Source: an uncultured Bacteroidota bacterium (GTDB lineage Bacteria; Bacteroidota; Bacteroidia; Bacteroidales; WCHB1-69). From it: a stretch of DNA of 64,000 nucleotides. The notes under the pieces are model-generated. The model had not been told where the DNA came from. It ran no database searches and saw only the letters and a list, made by a program, of their open reading frames with translations. Positions 56,468 through 64,000 of this stretch are shown here, piece by piece (the first letter of the stretch is position 1; each line of letters opens with the position of its first letter). The stretch covers positions 10,139 to 74,138 of the forward strand of contig CADCNH010000004.1 in NCBI GenBank assembly GCA_902802755.1, given 5' to 3'. A program made the position numbers and the translations under genes.

Positions 56468-57212
56468 ATAGTCGCTTCAGCCGCAGTAGCTCCCGCAAGC
56501 GTACAATGTAGATGCGTGACACACAGAATTGCTCACCTTGAATAAAAACCTGCTGGTTCTGGAAGCTGTTGATTTTGGTGTAATTCACCACCACGGATTT
56601 GTTTACCCTGGCAAATTTTTGCGGCGGTAGCATGTTGAAAAATTTCTTCAGGGTAGATCGGTAATAAAAACTTTTTCCATCTATCATTTTGATTTGAAGA
56701 GTGTTGCCTACATTCTTTATGTATAACACTTCGTCAAATACTATCTTATAAGAGATTTTGCCGTTTTTGAGGAACATCTGCTCTTCGTTCCGCACAGGCT
56801 CATTCATCTCGTATTTTGTATCTTTTTCTGAAACTATAGGACTTATTTCCGTAGGGATTCTGTAGGTGTTGGCAATCTTGAACACCTTACCGAGCACATC
56901 ACACAGGTTCTGTTCCTGAATGGGGGTGGTCAGCACGTCAAAATACAAGTTGCGTTTCCTTTTGTCTGATGGCAATGTTTTATTATCAATGATGATGACA
57001 AAAGGAGGTTGATAGATGTTTTGTAATATCTCACAGTATTTTGAACTTATGAACAGTATGTCCGTTGGCTTTTGATGTATTTTCTCCACAAGTTCCAAGT
57101 AGTTTCTCAATACATGCAGCACATTGATGCTGGTGGTCTTTCTGATGTTTTCAACAAGTTGAGATTCGGCAAGTTTGTCGTCAACAAAAATAGAACATGT
57201 TAGTGAATTCAT
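56466..57212 (-). CDS. LytTR-family regulator with degenerate receiver-like N-terminus
   Basis: C-terminal FDEVLYIK..GN...STLK....LP..KFARVNKSVVVN...VSR.Y. Confidence 0.82.
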   Translation of the reverse strand: MNSLTCSIFVDDKLAESQLVENIRKTTSINVLHVLRNYLELVEKIHQKPTDILFISSKYCEILQNIYQPPFVIIIDNKTLPSDKRKRNLYFDVLTTPIQEQNLCDVLGKVFKIANTYRIPTEISPIVSEKDTKYEMNEPVRNEEQMFLKNGKISYKIVFDEVLYIKNVGNTLQIKMIDGKSFYYRSTLKKFFNMLPPQKFARVNKSVVVNYTKINSFQNQQVFIQGEQFCVSRIYIVRLRELLRLKRL

Positions 57213-57544
57213 GTTTATAGCGTCAATTTTTTCTAAATATTTATCGGCAAATATATAAATTTAATGCTTTGGTATAACAAAAAATCAAAATAAAGTGTTG
57301 AATTTGTTATTTTTGTTGAAAAATTTACAGCTTTTGTTATATAAAAAACAAAAATCAAATAAAAATCCGCTTTTTAGATAATAATTAATACAAAATATGA
57401 AGGATTAACATGTTTTATATTATTGCTTGTTGTTTTTTTAGGAGGTGGTAAAAGCTAAATTGTATAATAAATAGAAAAAATAAACCCCCACTGTCGTAAA
57501 AAAACAGCGGGGGATAACCAAATCTATAAAATGGAAAAAGTGTC

Positions 57545-58966
57545 TTAATCGGGAATGTCCTTAAAGAAATCGGACATATCATTATCAAGTTCGTAGGCAC
57601 GGCTGTTCTGCATATCAAAGTCCTCTTGGCGTTTGTTTCTCAGAATGGCCGGAGTATTCACCAAGTCGTTGAAGAAATCATTGTTTTCGTATTGGGACTC
57701 GGCATTTCCAATGCGTTGCGGACCATATTGTTGCATGCGGGCTTCGCCGGAAAAGACGGGCTCGCCACTCATCACGGGCTCAAAAATGTTGTTTTGGGCG
57801 GTTTCTGATTGTGTGACGGGACGTTGCTCTGTTGCAAAGGTATTCTGGTCCTGCATGTTGAAGAAATCATCCTGTATATCAGTTTGATTTTCTGTTTTTT
57901 TGTCACCCAAAAGATCGCTCATGTCATTCTCGCCGAAGGGCCATGTGGGATCTTTTTCAAGGTCAATCTTTGTTTCTTTTTCAACCATCTGGTTGTTGTG
58001 TTCGTAATTGGTGACAATAACAGACAAGCGGATTTTGTCGCCCAGATTTGGATCTTTGGCACGGCCCCAGATAACATCGGACTCACTGGTTTTAAGCTTG
58101 TTGAATTTCTCTGTAAGGGCTTCCAATTCAGATATTTTCAATGCTTTTTCAGGACCATAGCTGATGAAGAAGAGAAAGTTTTGTGCTTTGGTGATCACGT
58201 CATCGCTTATCAGCGGACAGGCGAGGGCGTCTTCCACCACCTTATCGATACGATTGTCGCCACCAGCTTCTGCCAAGCCCAGCATGGCGTGACCGCTTTC
58301 TTTCATGATGGTCTTGATGTCGTTGAAGTCGATGTTCTGGTCGGCATTGACAGTGATCAGTTCGGCGATACATTTGACGGCGTTTTTCAGCACATCGTCA
58401 GCGTAGGCGAAACCGGCATCAACATCCTCATCGTTATAATATTTCATGATATTCTGATTCTTCACGACAATCAGAGAATCGACATATTTCTCCAGTTCCG
58501 CAATACCGTTTTGGGCATATTTTTCTCGTACCGCACCTTCAAATTTGAAGGGGAAGGTCACTACGCCGATGGTCAGGATACCCATATCGTTGGCGACTTT
58601 GGCCACTACTGGGGCGGCACCCGTACCTGTACCTTTACCCATGCCTGCGGTGATAAAGAGCATTTGTGTTTCCTCACCGATAAACTCTTTGATTTTATCG
58701 ATACTTTTTTCAGCCAATTCGCGGCCTACTTCGGGTTTGGCTCCTGCACCTAATCCGGTATCACCCAAAACTAATTTTGAGGGAACCACATTCTTGTGCA
58801 GTGCTTGGGCATCTGTGTTGCAAATCAGGAAGTCAACGCCCACAATACCTTCGCTGTACATGTGTTTCACGGCGTTGCTACCGCCACCACCCACACCAAT
58901 TACTTTGATGATGGAGGTGTTTTGCTTGGTGCCATAATCTGGTGTAAAATCAATTCTGTCTCTCAT
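57545..58966 (-). CDS. ftsZ: Cell division protein FtsZ
   Basis: IKVIGVGGGGSNAV, NTDAQAL, GLGAGA.PE.G, PFKFEG and NIDFND. Confidence 0.95.
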   Translation of the reverse strand: MRDRIDFTPDYGTKQNTSIIKVIGVGGGGSNAVKHMYSEGIVGVDFLICNTDAQALHKNVVPSKLVLGDTGLGAGAKPEVGRELAEKSIDKIKEFIGEETQMLFITAGMGKGTGTGAAPVVAKVANDMGILTIGVVTFPFKFEGAVREKYAQNGIAELEKYVDSLIVVKNQNIMKYYNDEDVDAGFAYADDVLKNAVKCIAELITVNADQNIDFNDIKTIMKESGHAMLGLAEAGGDNRIDKVVEDALACPLISDDVITKAQNFLFFISYGPEKALKISELEALTEKFNKLKTSESDVIWGRAKDPNLGDKIRLSVIVTNYEHNNQMVEKETKIDLEKDPTWPFGENDMSDLLGDKKTENQTDIQDDFFNMQDQNTFATEQRPVTQSETAQNNIFEPVMSGEPVFSGEARMQQYGPQRIGNAESQYENNDFFNDLVNTPAILRNKRQEDFDMQNSRAYELDNDMSDFFKDIPD

Positions 58967-59024
58967 GTTATATTTTGTTTTATTTATTATCTTTAATAGT
59001 TTATTGCCGTTATTGTTAAGCTTA

Positions 59025-60428
59025 TTATGAGGTCTTGTCTACCAGTCCTTCGAAGAAGTCTTGGACTTTTTTCATGATAAAATTGGAACCCCAGGGTTTG
59101 GGGTCCGTATTTTTGGGTTTGTTGGTGTTTTTCCCTTCGTTTCCGAGCTTTTTGCCGCTGTTGTCGGGTTTGGGATTGTCGGGTTTGGGATTTGTTTTTC
59201 TTTCTTCTACCACGGGTTTTTCCTCTTGTTCCGTCTCCAGTGCGTATTCCTTTTTGTTGATACCATACTTCAGCAAGCCCAGTGCGGTAGAGTACATGGG
59301 GTGTTTCAGGTCGTTGGGGATATTACGCACAAAGCCGAATTCGGGGATGCCGATGCGGACAGGTTTCTGCAGGGTGTATTGGCACAACTCTTTGATATGT
59401 TTGAGTGTTGCGCCGCCACCGGTGAGCACCACTCCCGCTCTTAGTTTGTCGGCATAGCCGGAGCTGTCTATTTCACGTTTCACCTGGTCGAGAATGTCGT
59501 TCTGCACGCGCATGTTGATGATTTTGGCCAGATGTGTTTCATTGATTTGTCGCGGTTGCACAGCATGGAACTGGGGCAGGGTGATATAATGGTTAGAGTT
59601 GCTTTTTTCGACGATGCAAGTGCCGCAGGTAGTCTTCAGTTTTTCAGCCAGTTCTTCTGTGATCTGACATACAGTAGCGATGTCGCGGGTGATAATGCTG
59701 CCGCCGATAGGAATCACTTTTGTGAACACGGGGTTTCCTTCGCAGTAGATGGCCAGATCGGTGGTGCCGCCACCGATGTCTACCAATGCCACACCTTGTT
59801 TCTTTTCCTCTTCGCTAAGGCAGGATAAACCTGATGCGATGGGTTCCAGGATGATGTCTTCAGCTTTCAAACCTGCGCTTTCCACGCACATCAGTATCTT
59901 TTTGATTTCGCTCTCATTACCGGTGATCAATTGGAAATAGCCTTCGATCAATTCTCCCAGCATGCCTACGGGTTCGTTGGTGTCCATCTCTCTGTCAATG
60001 ACATAATGCTGGGGGATAACCGTGATGATGCGTTCTCCTGAAGGCACCGAGATGTTGTACAGATCGTTCAGCATGCGGTCAATCTCTTCTTGTCTGATGA
60101 CAAAATCCTTGCCGTTGATGCGTGTCAGCACATGTTTGTATTCGATGCTTTTGATATGGCGTCCGGCAATGCCCACAAAAACGTTGCGTACCTTGAAGCA
60201 GTCGGTGCGGTTTTCGGCCTGCTCTTTGGAAATGTTGATGCCATCCACGGTTTTGTTGATGTTGTATATCAAACCGTGTTGTACACCCGTAGATTCTCCG
60301 CGTCCGTGGCCGATAATGTCAATCTTATCGTCACTCTTATAGCCGATGATGGTGGCTATTTTTGTGGTTCCTATGTCGAGGCCGACTACGAGGTCGGGCA
60401 TATCCGTCATCTGGTCTTCTGTTTTCAT
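59025..60428 (-). CDS. ftsA: Cell division protein FtsA
   Basis: VGLDIGTTKI, LEPIAS, VDIGGGTTD and GVVLTGGG. Confidence 0.95.
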   Translation of the reverse strand: MKTEDQMTDMPDLVVGLDIGTTKIATIIGYKSDDKIDIIGHGRGESTGVQHGLIYNINKTVDGINISKEQAENRTDCFKVRNVFVGIAGRHIKSIEYKHVLTRINGKDFVIRQEEIDRMLNDLYNISVPSGERIITVIPQHYVIDREMDTNEPVGMLGELIEGYFQLITGNESEIKKILMCVESAGLKAEDIILEPIASGLSCLSEEEKKQGVALVDIGGGTTDLAIYCEGNPVFTKVIPIGGSIITRDIATVCQITEELAEKLKTTCGTCIVEKSNSNHYITLPQFHAVQPRQINETHLAKIINMRVQNDILDQVKREIDSSGYADKLRAGVVLTGGGATLKHIKELCQYTLQKPVRIGIPEFGFVRNIPNDLKHPMYSTALGLLKYGINKKEYALETEQEEKPVVEERKTNPKPDNPKPDNSGKKLGNEGKNTNKPKNTDPKPWGSNFIMKKVQDFFEGLVDKTS

Positions 60429-60434
60429 GCCTTG

Positions 60435-61196
60435 TTATTTTTTCTTAGCTATCACCCGGTTTTTATATCTCACATCCAAGGTGGAATATTGGTCCATACC
60501 CATATAGGCCAGTCCCTGTTGGTATGTTTGTTGTAAATTGAAAAGTTTTTCCTCCATGTTTTTGTCTGTCCCGAAAAGAATCTTATGTCGGCCTATGGTC
60601 GGCACCAGCACCACTTCATTGTTGTTCTGCACATACAGTTGTCTGAACTGTGCGCGGTAGAAGTCGTTGCTGTGCATGTAAGAGGCTATCTTGAACACGC
60701 GGTGAAGATTGCTTTGGCTATCTTTCACATTCTTTCCATTGGCAAAGGCATCGGTGATTTTGCCATTGACGACAGCCACATTTTCCTTTACCGCAAGGGA
60801 GAAAGGAAGCATGTATCCATCCTCATCCACAAAATACTGATGGCCTGTCTGGGTATATACGTGGAGTAAAATATTTTTCAGGGTTACAACAATTCTCAAT
60901 TTGGTGCTTGAAAAGCGAACTTCGTTTACCGTTTTGATGTAGGGGTTCTGTTTCAATAGCTCCGCAATTTGCTCCAAATCAATGTCTTTCATCGGAATGC
61001 CGATGGTTTTGACGGGGGTGGTTTCAATCATCTGACGGATATCGTCCTGATTGATAGTGGGATAATTGCCGTCGTATTTCACCGTCAAATCATAACCGGA
61101 ACAGGGGCGTTTCGGCATATTGACAGCTGCAAAAACTATGCCTGTCACGACGGCCAGGCACAGTATAACAGCGGAAATAAAACGGAATATTTTCAT
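60435..61196 (-). CDS. ftsQ: Cell division protein FtsQ/DivIB
   Basis: Single N-terminal TM helix, POTRA-like region and Y..LDVRYKNRVIA; directly upstream of ftsA. Confidence 0.8.
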   Translation of the reverse strand: MKIFRFISAVILCLAVVTGIVFAAVNMPKRPCSGYDLTVKYDGNYPTINQDDIRQMIETTPVKTIGIPMKDIDLEQIAELLKQNPYIKTVNEVRFSSTKLRIVVTLKNILLHVYTQTGHQYFVDEDGYMLPFSLAVKENVAVVNGKITDAFANGKNVKDSQSNLHRVFKIASYMHSNDFYRAQFRQLYVQNNNEVVLVPTIGRHKILFGTDKNMEEKLFNLQQTYQQGLAYMGMDQYSTLDVRYKNRVIAKKK

Positions 61197-61313
61197 TTAT
61201 ATCTGATTCTTATGGATAGCGTACAAAATTATAACTTTATTTTACGCTAATTTTACAAAGAATATAGATATAATAAACAGGCAAATGTTAATATGCAAAA
61301 TGGATAAACATAC

Positions 61314-61748
61314 TTATTTTGCGGGATATGGGATGACAATGTCATCGCAGTATTCGCAGCGGTATGAGCGTTTGTCTTTATCCACCAGATGGAAAACATG
61401 GTCAAAATAGTGTTCTACGGAGGTAACACAGCGCGGATTCTTACATTTGATGATGTTGCGCACCACCTGAGGAACTTCCAGTTTCACTTTTTTTACGGTT
61501 TTGCCGTTGTCAATGATATTCACAGTGATATTGGGGTCGATAAGGCCTAAGAAGGTATAATCAATGTCAATGACATTATTGATTTTGATAATATCTTTTT
61601 TGCCCATTTTCTCACTGTAGGCGTTTGTGATAAGCGCCACATTGTATTCGGCCTTGTCGAGATTCAGATAATTATAAACTTTGAAGCCGAAGCCTGCCTT
61701 GATATGGTCGATGACAATACCTTTGTCTATACTTGTGATTTCTAACAT
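61314..61748 (-). CDS. pyrI: Aspartate carbamoyltransferase regulatory subunit
   Basis: GIVIDHI, KMGKKDIIKI and Zn ligands CKNPRC...RCEYCD. Confidence 0.93.
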   Translation of the reverse strand: MLEITSIDKGIVIDHIKAGFGFKVYNYLNLDKAEYNVALITNAYSEKMGKKDIIKINNVIDIDYTFLGLIDPNITVNIIDNGKTVKKVKLEVPQVVRNIIKCKNPRCVTSVEHYFDHVFHLVDKDKRSYRCEYCDDIVIPYPAK

Positions 61749-61758
61749 GACTTTCTTT

Positions 61759-62682
61759 TTAATAAATTCCTAAAAGTTTCAATATCAGAGCCATACGGAC
61801 ATACATGCCGTTTTTGGCCTGGGCAAAATACTGTGCACGCGGGTCTGCGTCAACTTCCACGCTGATTTCGTTGACACGCGGGAGGGGATGCAATACATAG
61901 GTGTCGGGACGGGCATACGCCATTTTCTCCATATCCAAGATGAAGCGGTCTTTCAAGCGGATGTAGTCTTCTTCGTTGAAGAAGCGTTCACGCTGCACAC
62001 GGGTCATGTATAAGAAATCCAACTGGCCCATATAAGGTTCCATTTCCTGAACTTCCTGGAACGGAATGCCTTTTTTCTTGATGACTTCCTCGCGGATGTA
62101 TTCGGGAACTCTCAATTCTTCGGGGGAAATCAGAATGAATTTCACGCCTTCGTAATTGCTGAGGAATTTGATCAATGAGTGCACGGTTCTGCCGAACTTG
62201 AGGTCACCGCAAAAACCGTAAGTTTTGTTTTCCACATTGCCTCTCAGACGCTCGATGGTCAATATGTCGGTCAGCGTTTGGGTAGGGTGCTGGTGACCAC
62301 CGTCGCCGGCATTGATGAGGGGCATGTGAATGTAATGGCTGGCTACACGGGGAGCACCTTCCTTGGGATGTCTCATGGCAGCGATATCCGCATAACATTC
62401 GATGGTGCGGATGGTGTCGGCAATGCTTTCACCTTTGGCGGTGGAACTGGAATTCGGCTCGGAAAAGCCGATCACTTTTCCGCCTAAACGCAGCATGGCT
62501 GCCTCAAAGCTGAAACGTGTACGTGTGCTCGGTTCATAAAAAAGAGTTGCCAAGATTTTACCCTCACAACTCTTACTGAACTTTTCTGGATCTGCAACGA
62601 TTTGATGTGCCAAATCAAATATTTCACGAAATTCTTCGCGCGTGAAATCCGAAGGGTCTATAAGGCATCTGTTTTTTAACAC
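61759..62682 (-). CDS. pyrB: Aspartate carbamoyltransferase catalytic subunit
   Basis: [41 protein letters not shown] and LHPLPR; GTG start. Confidence 0.96.
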   Translation of the reverse strand: MLKNRCLIDPSDFTREEFREIFDLAHQIVADPEKFSKSCEGKILATLFYEPSTRTRFSFEAAMLRLGGKVIGFSEPNSSSTAKGESIADTIRTIECYADIAAMRHPKEGAPRVASHYIHMPLINAGDGGHQHPTQTLTDILTIERLRGNVENKTYGFCGDLKFGRTVHSLIKFLSNYEGVKFILISPEELRVPEYIREEVIKKKGIPFQEVQEMEPYMGQLDFLYMTRVQRERFFNEEDYIRLKDRFILDMEKMAYARPDTYVLHPLPRVNEISVEVDADPRAQYFAQAKNGMYVRMALILKLLGIY

Positions 62683-62800
62683 TATAAGGTCCTCCTTTGA
62701 TTATAAAAGTTATTATTTTGAAAATTTAAATTCATGATGGGAATATTTGTGCAAAAATACGAAATTTTTTTTTTGATTTTTATGGTGGGGAATTTTTTTT

Positions 62801-62912
62801 CGTTAAAGTGTGGAGGCGTGGAGACGCTCACTTCGTTCGCTTGTGGAGACAGAATTCCTTATCGTCTTGACGAATGAGCGTAGTGAATGACTTGACGCCT
62901 TAACGTCTTAAC
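62801..62912. repeat. Dispersed CGT-octamer/palindrome element, copy C
   Basis: tgtggaggcgtggagacgctcacttcgttcgc ... cgtcttgacgaatgagcgtagtgaatgacttgacgccttaacgtcttaacg. Confidence 0.72.
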
Positions 62913-64000
62913 GCAGACCCACGACCGCCTGCTTGCTTCGTTTTTTGCCCGACAAATTCCAGTATTGCATTCGGACAATATACAAGTCTGGCGGGGTCAA
63001 ATGTCCGTTCTCATCTGTTCCATCCCATAAATAACGGGCTTTTCCACCACATACTTCATTATGTGCCAGTTTTTTTATCAGCAGCCCGTTCCGGTGATAA
63101 ATTGCTATAGTCACTCGGTTTTCCGCATCTTGAAATTGGCAGTATATTTCCGCAAAGTCTTCAAAGCCGTCGTTGTCGGGAGAAAAAATGGCGGGTTCTA
63201 TACGCAATACATCCTCAGAAGATAACATTTCGGCAGCTTGGGAGTTGGGAAAACCAGGAGTGCCGAAACCTACATGGGCTGCTGCTGATTTCCAATTGTT
63301 GTCATCTTGTGTGTCTCCTTCATAATGAACTCTTTCCAAAGAAACGCCATCAGTGGAAATGAGCATGGAATAGTGCATGTCCTCGTTGTATTGAAAACGG
63401 TCAATAGCTTGCAAAGCCAAATCTGTAAGGTGTACCACCCCTTCCGCATTGGGAAAGGCGGGCAAAGAGTCACACGACAAAAGATTTTGAGGGTATAACG
63501 GATGATATTGCTCTTCTGTGAGTCGCCGATTTTTACAAAGAGCGACCATTTGTTGGGGAAAGAGTTGATAACCTTGACTGACCGCTATGGCTGTTTTCTC
63601 TGGAAAATCCATGCCACCACTGCCTAATTTTATTTTCTTTAAATCGATGATTTTGGAAGAGCGATTGTAAATTTCAATAAAATCAGCATCTTCATTATTT
63701 AGGGGATTAGTTAAAACCTCATTGATAATCAAATCTTTATACCATGGGTTTTGGTCCAAACCAAAGGAAAGGATTTGCCCATTGACTGCACACTGTCCGG
63801 CACAGTCGCAAATGTTTCCGCAAAGGGTTAATTGGTAAACTATTCCGGCCTGCAAGGCTTGGTCAAACCGGATGTCAAGGGCATTGTTGTAGGGATTGAC
63901 AGGCTTAATGTCAGTAATGTTCAGATTATGGTCCAAGGCAAAAACAGGTATGTCGGATGGCAAAAAAATGGGCTCGGAAAAATGTACCTGTAGCAAGTTG
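62908..64000 (-). CDS. Lamin-tail-domain protein with T9SS type B C-terminal domain (5' end outside window)
   Basis: LIINEVL.NP...DFIEIYNRS, GVSLER and GTPGFPNS; FSPDNDGFED...IY.RNG.LI...WDGTDENG. Confidence 0.8.
   Translation of the reverse strand, partial: NLLQVHFSEPIFLPSDIPVFALDHNLNITDIKPVNPYNNALDIRFDQALQAGIVYQLTLCGNICDCAGQCAVNGQILSFGLDQNPWYKDLIINEVLTNPLNNEDADFIEIYNRSSKIIDLKKIKLGSGGMDFPEKTAIAVSQGYQLFPQQMVALCKNRRLTEEQYHPLYPQNLLSCDSLPAFPNAEGVVHLTDLALQAIDRFQYNEDMHYSMLISTDGVSLERVHYEGDTQDDNNWKSAAAHVGFGTPGFPNSQAAEMLSSEDVLRIEPAIFSPDNDGFEDFAEIYCQFQDAENRVTIAIYHRNGLLIKKLAHNEVCGGKARYLWDGTDENGHLTPPDLYIVRMQYWNLSGKKRSKQAVVGLR

Noticed and set aside
57809-58753. 314-aa plus-strand ORF and similar long antisense ORFs over lysS, ahcY and the S8 protease
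   Set aside because: Shadow frames caused by codon bias in well-supported genes on the opposite strand.

Overview
Chromosomal segment of a Bacteroidales-type bacterium. Many intergenic TAnnTTTG -7 promoter motifs, T9SS cargo genes and a TonB-dependent receptor support this assignment. The backbone is housekeeping: S41 protease, trmN6-like methyltransferase, glnA, tRNA-Leu(CAA), lysS, nucleoside permease, MATE, waaA, membrane pyrophosphatase, ahcY, rpsU, ribD, yigZ, guaB, kdd, ftsQAZ and pyrBI. About 21 kb is taken up by two paralogous giant secreted proteins (3714 aa and about 3175 aa). They share an N-terminal YQAVVRN...[10 protein letters not shown] domain, a collagen/phage-fibre-like stalk and coiled coils, and each carries seven divergent Fib_succ_major (FISUMP) domains. 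Neither has a recognisable T9SS C-terminal signal. One lies immediately downstream of a small gene that is little more than a T9SS signal domain; the other lies opposite a membrane-bound AraC regulator. One internal FISUMP domain has a codon pattern resembling a DGR variable region, but no reverse transcriptase or template repeat is in the window. Intergenic DNA carries several families of 7-8 bp periodic repeats and REP-like palindromes. pyrBI looks horizontally acquired (Firmicutes-like sequence and a canonical Shine-Dalgarno) and sits where murC normally precedes ftsQ. All family assignments are from motif recognition by eye, not database searches.
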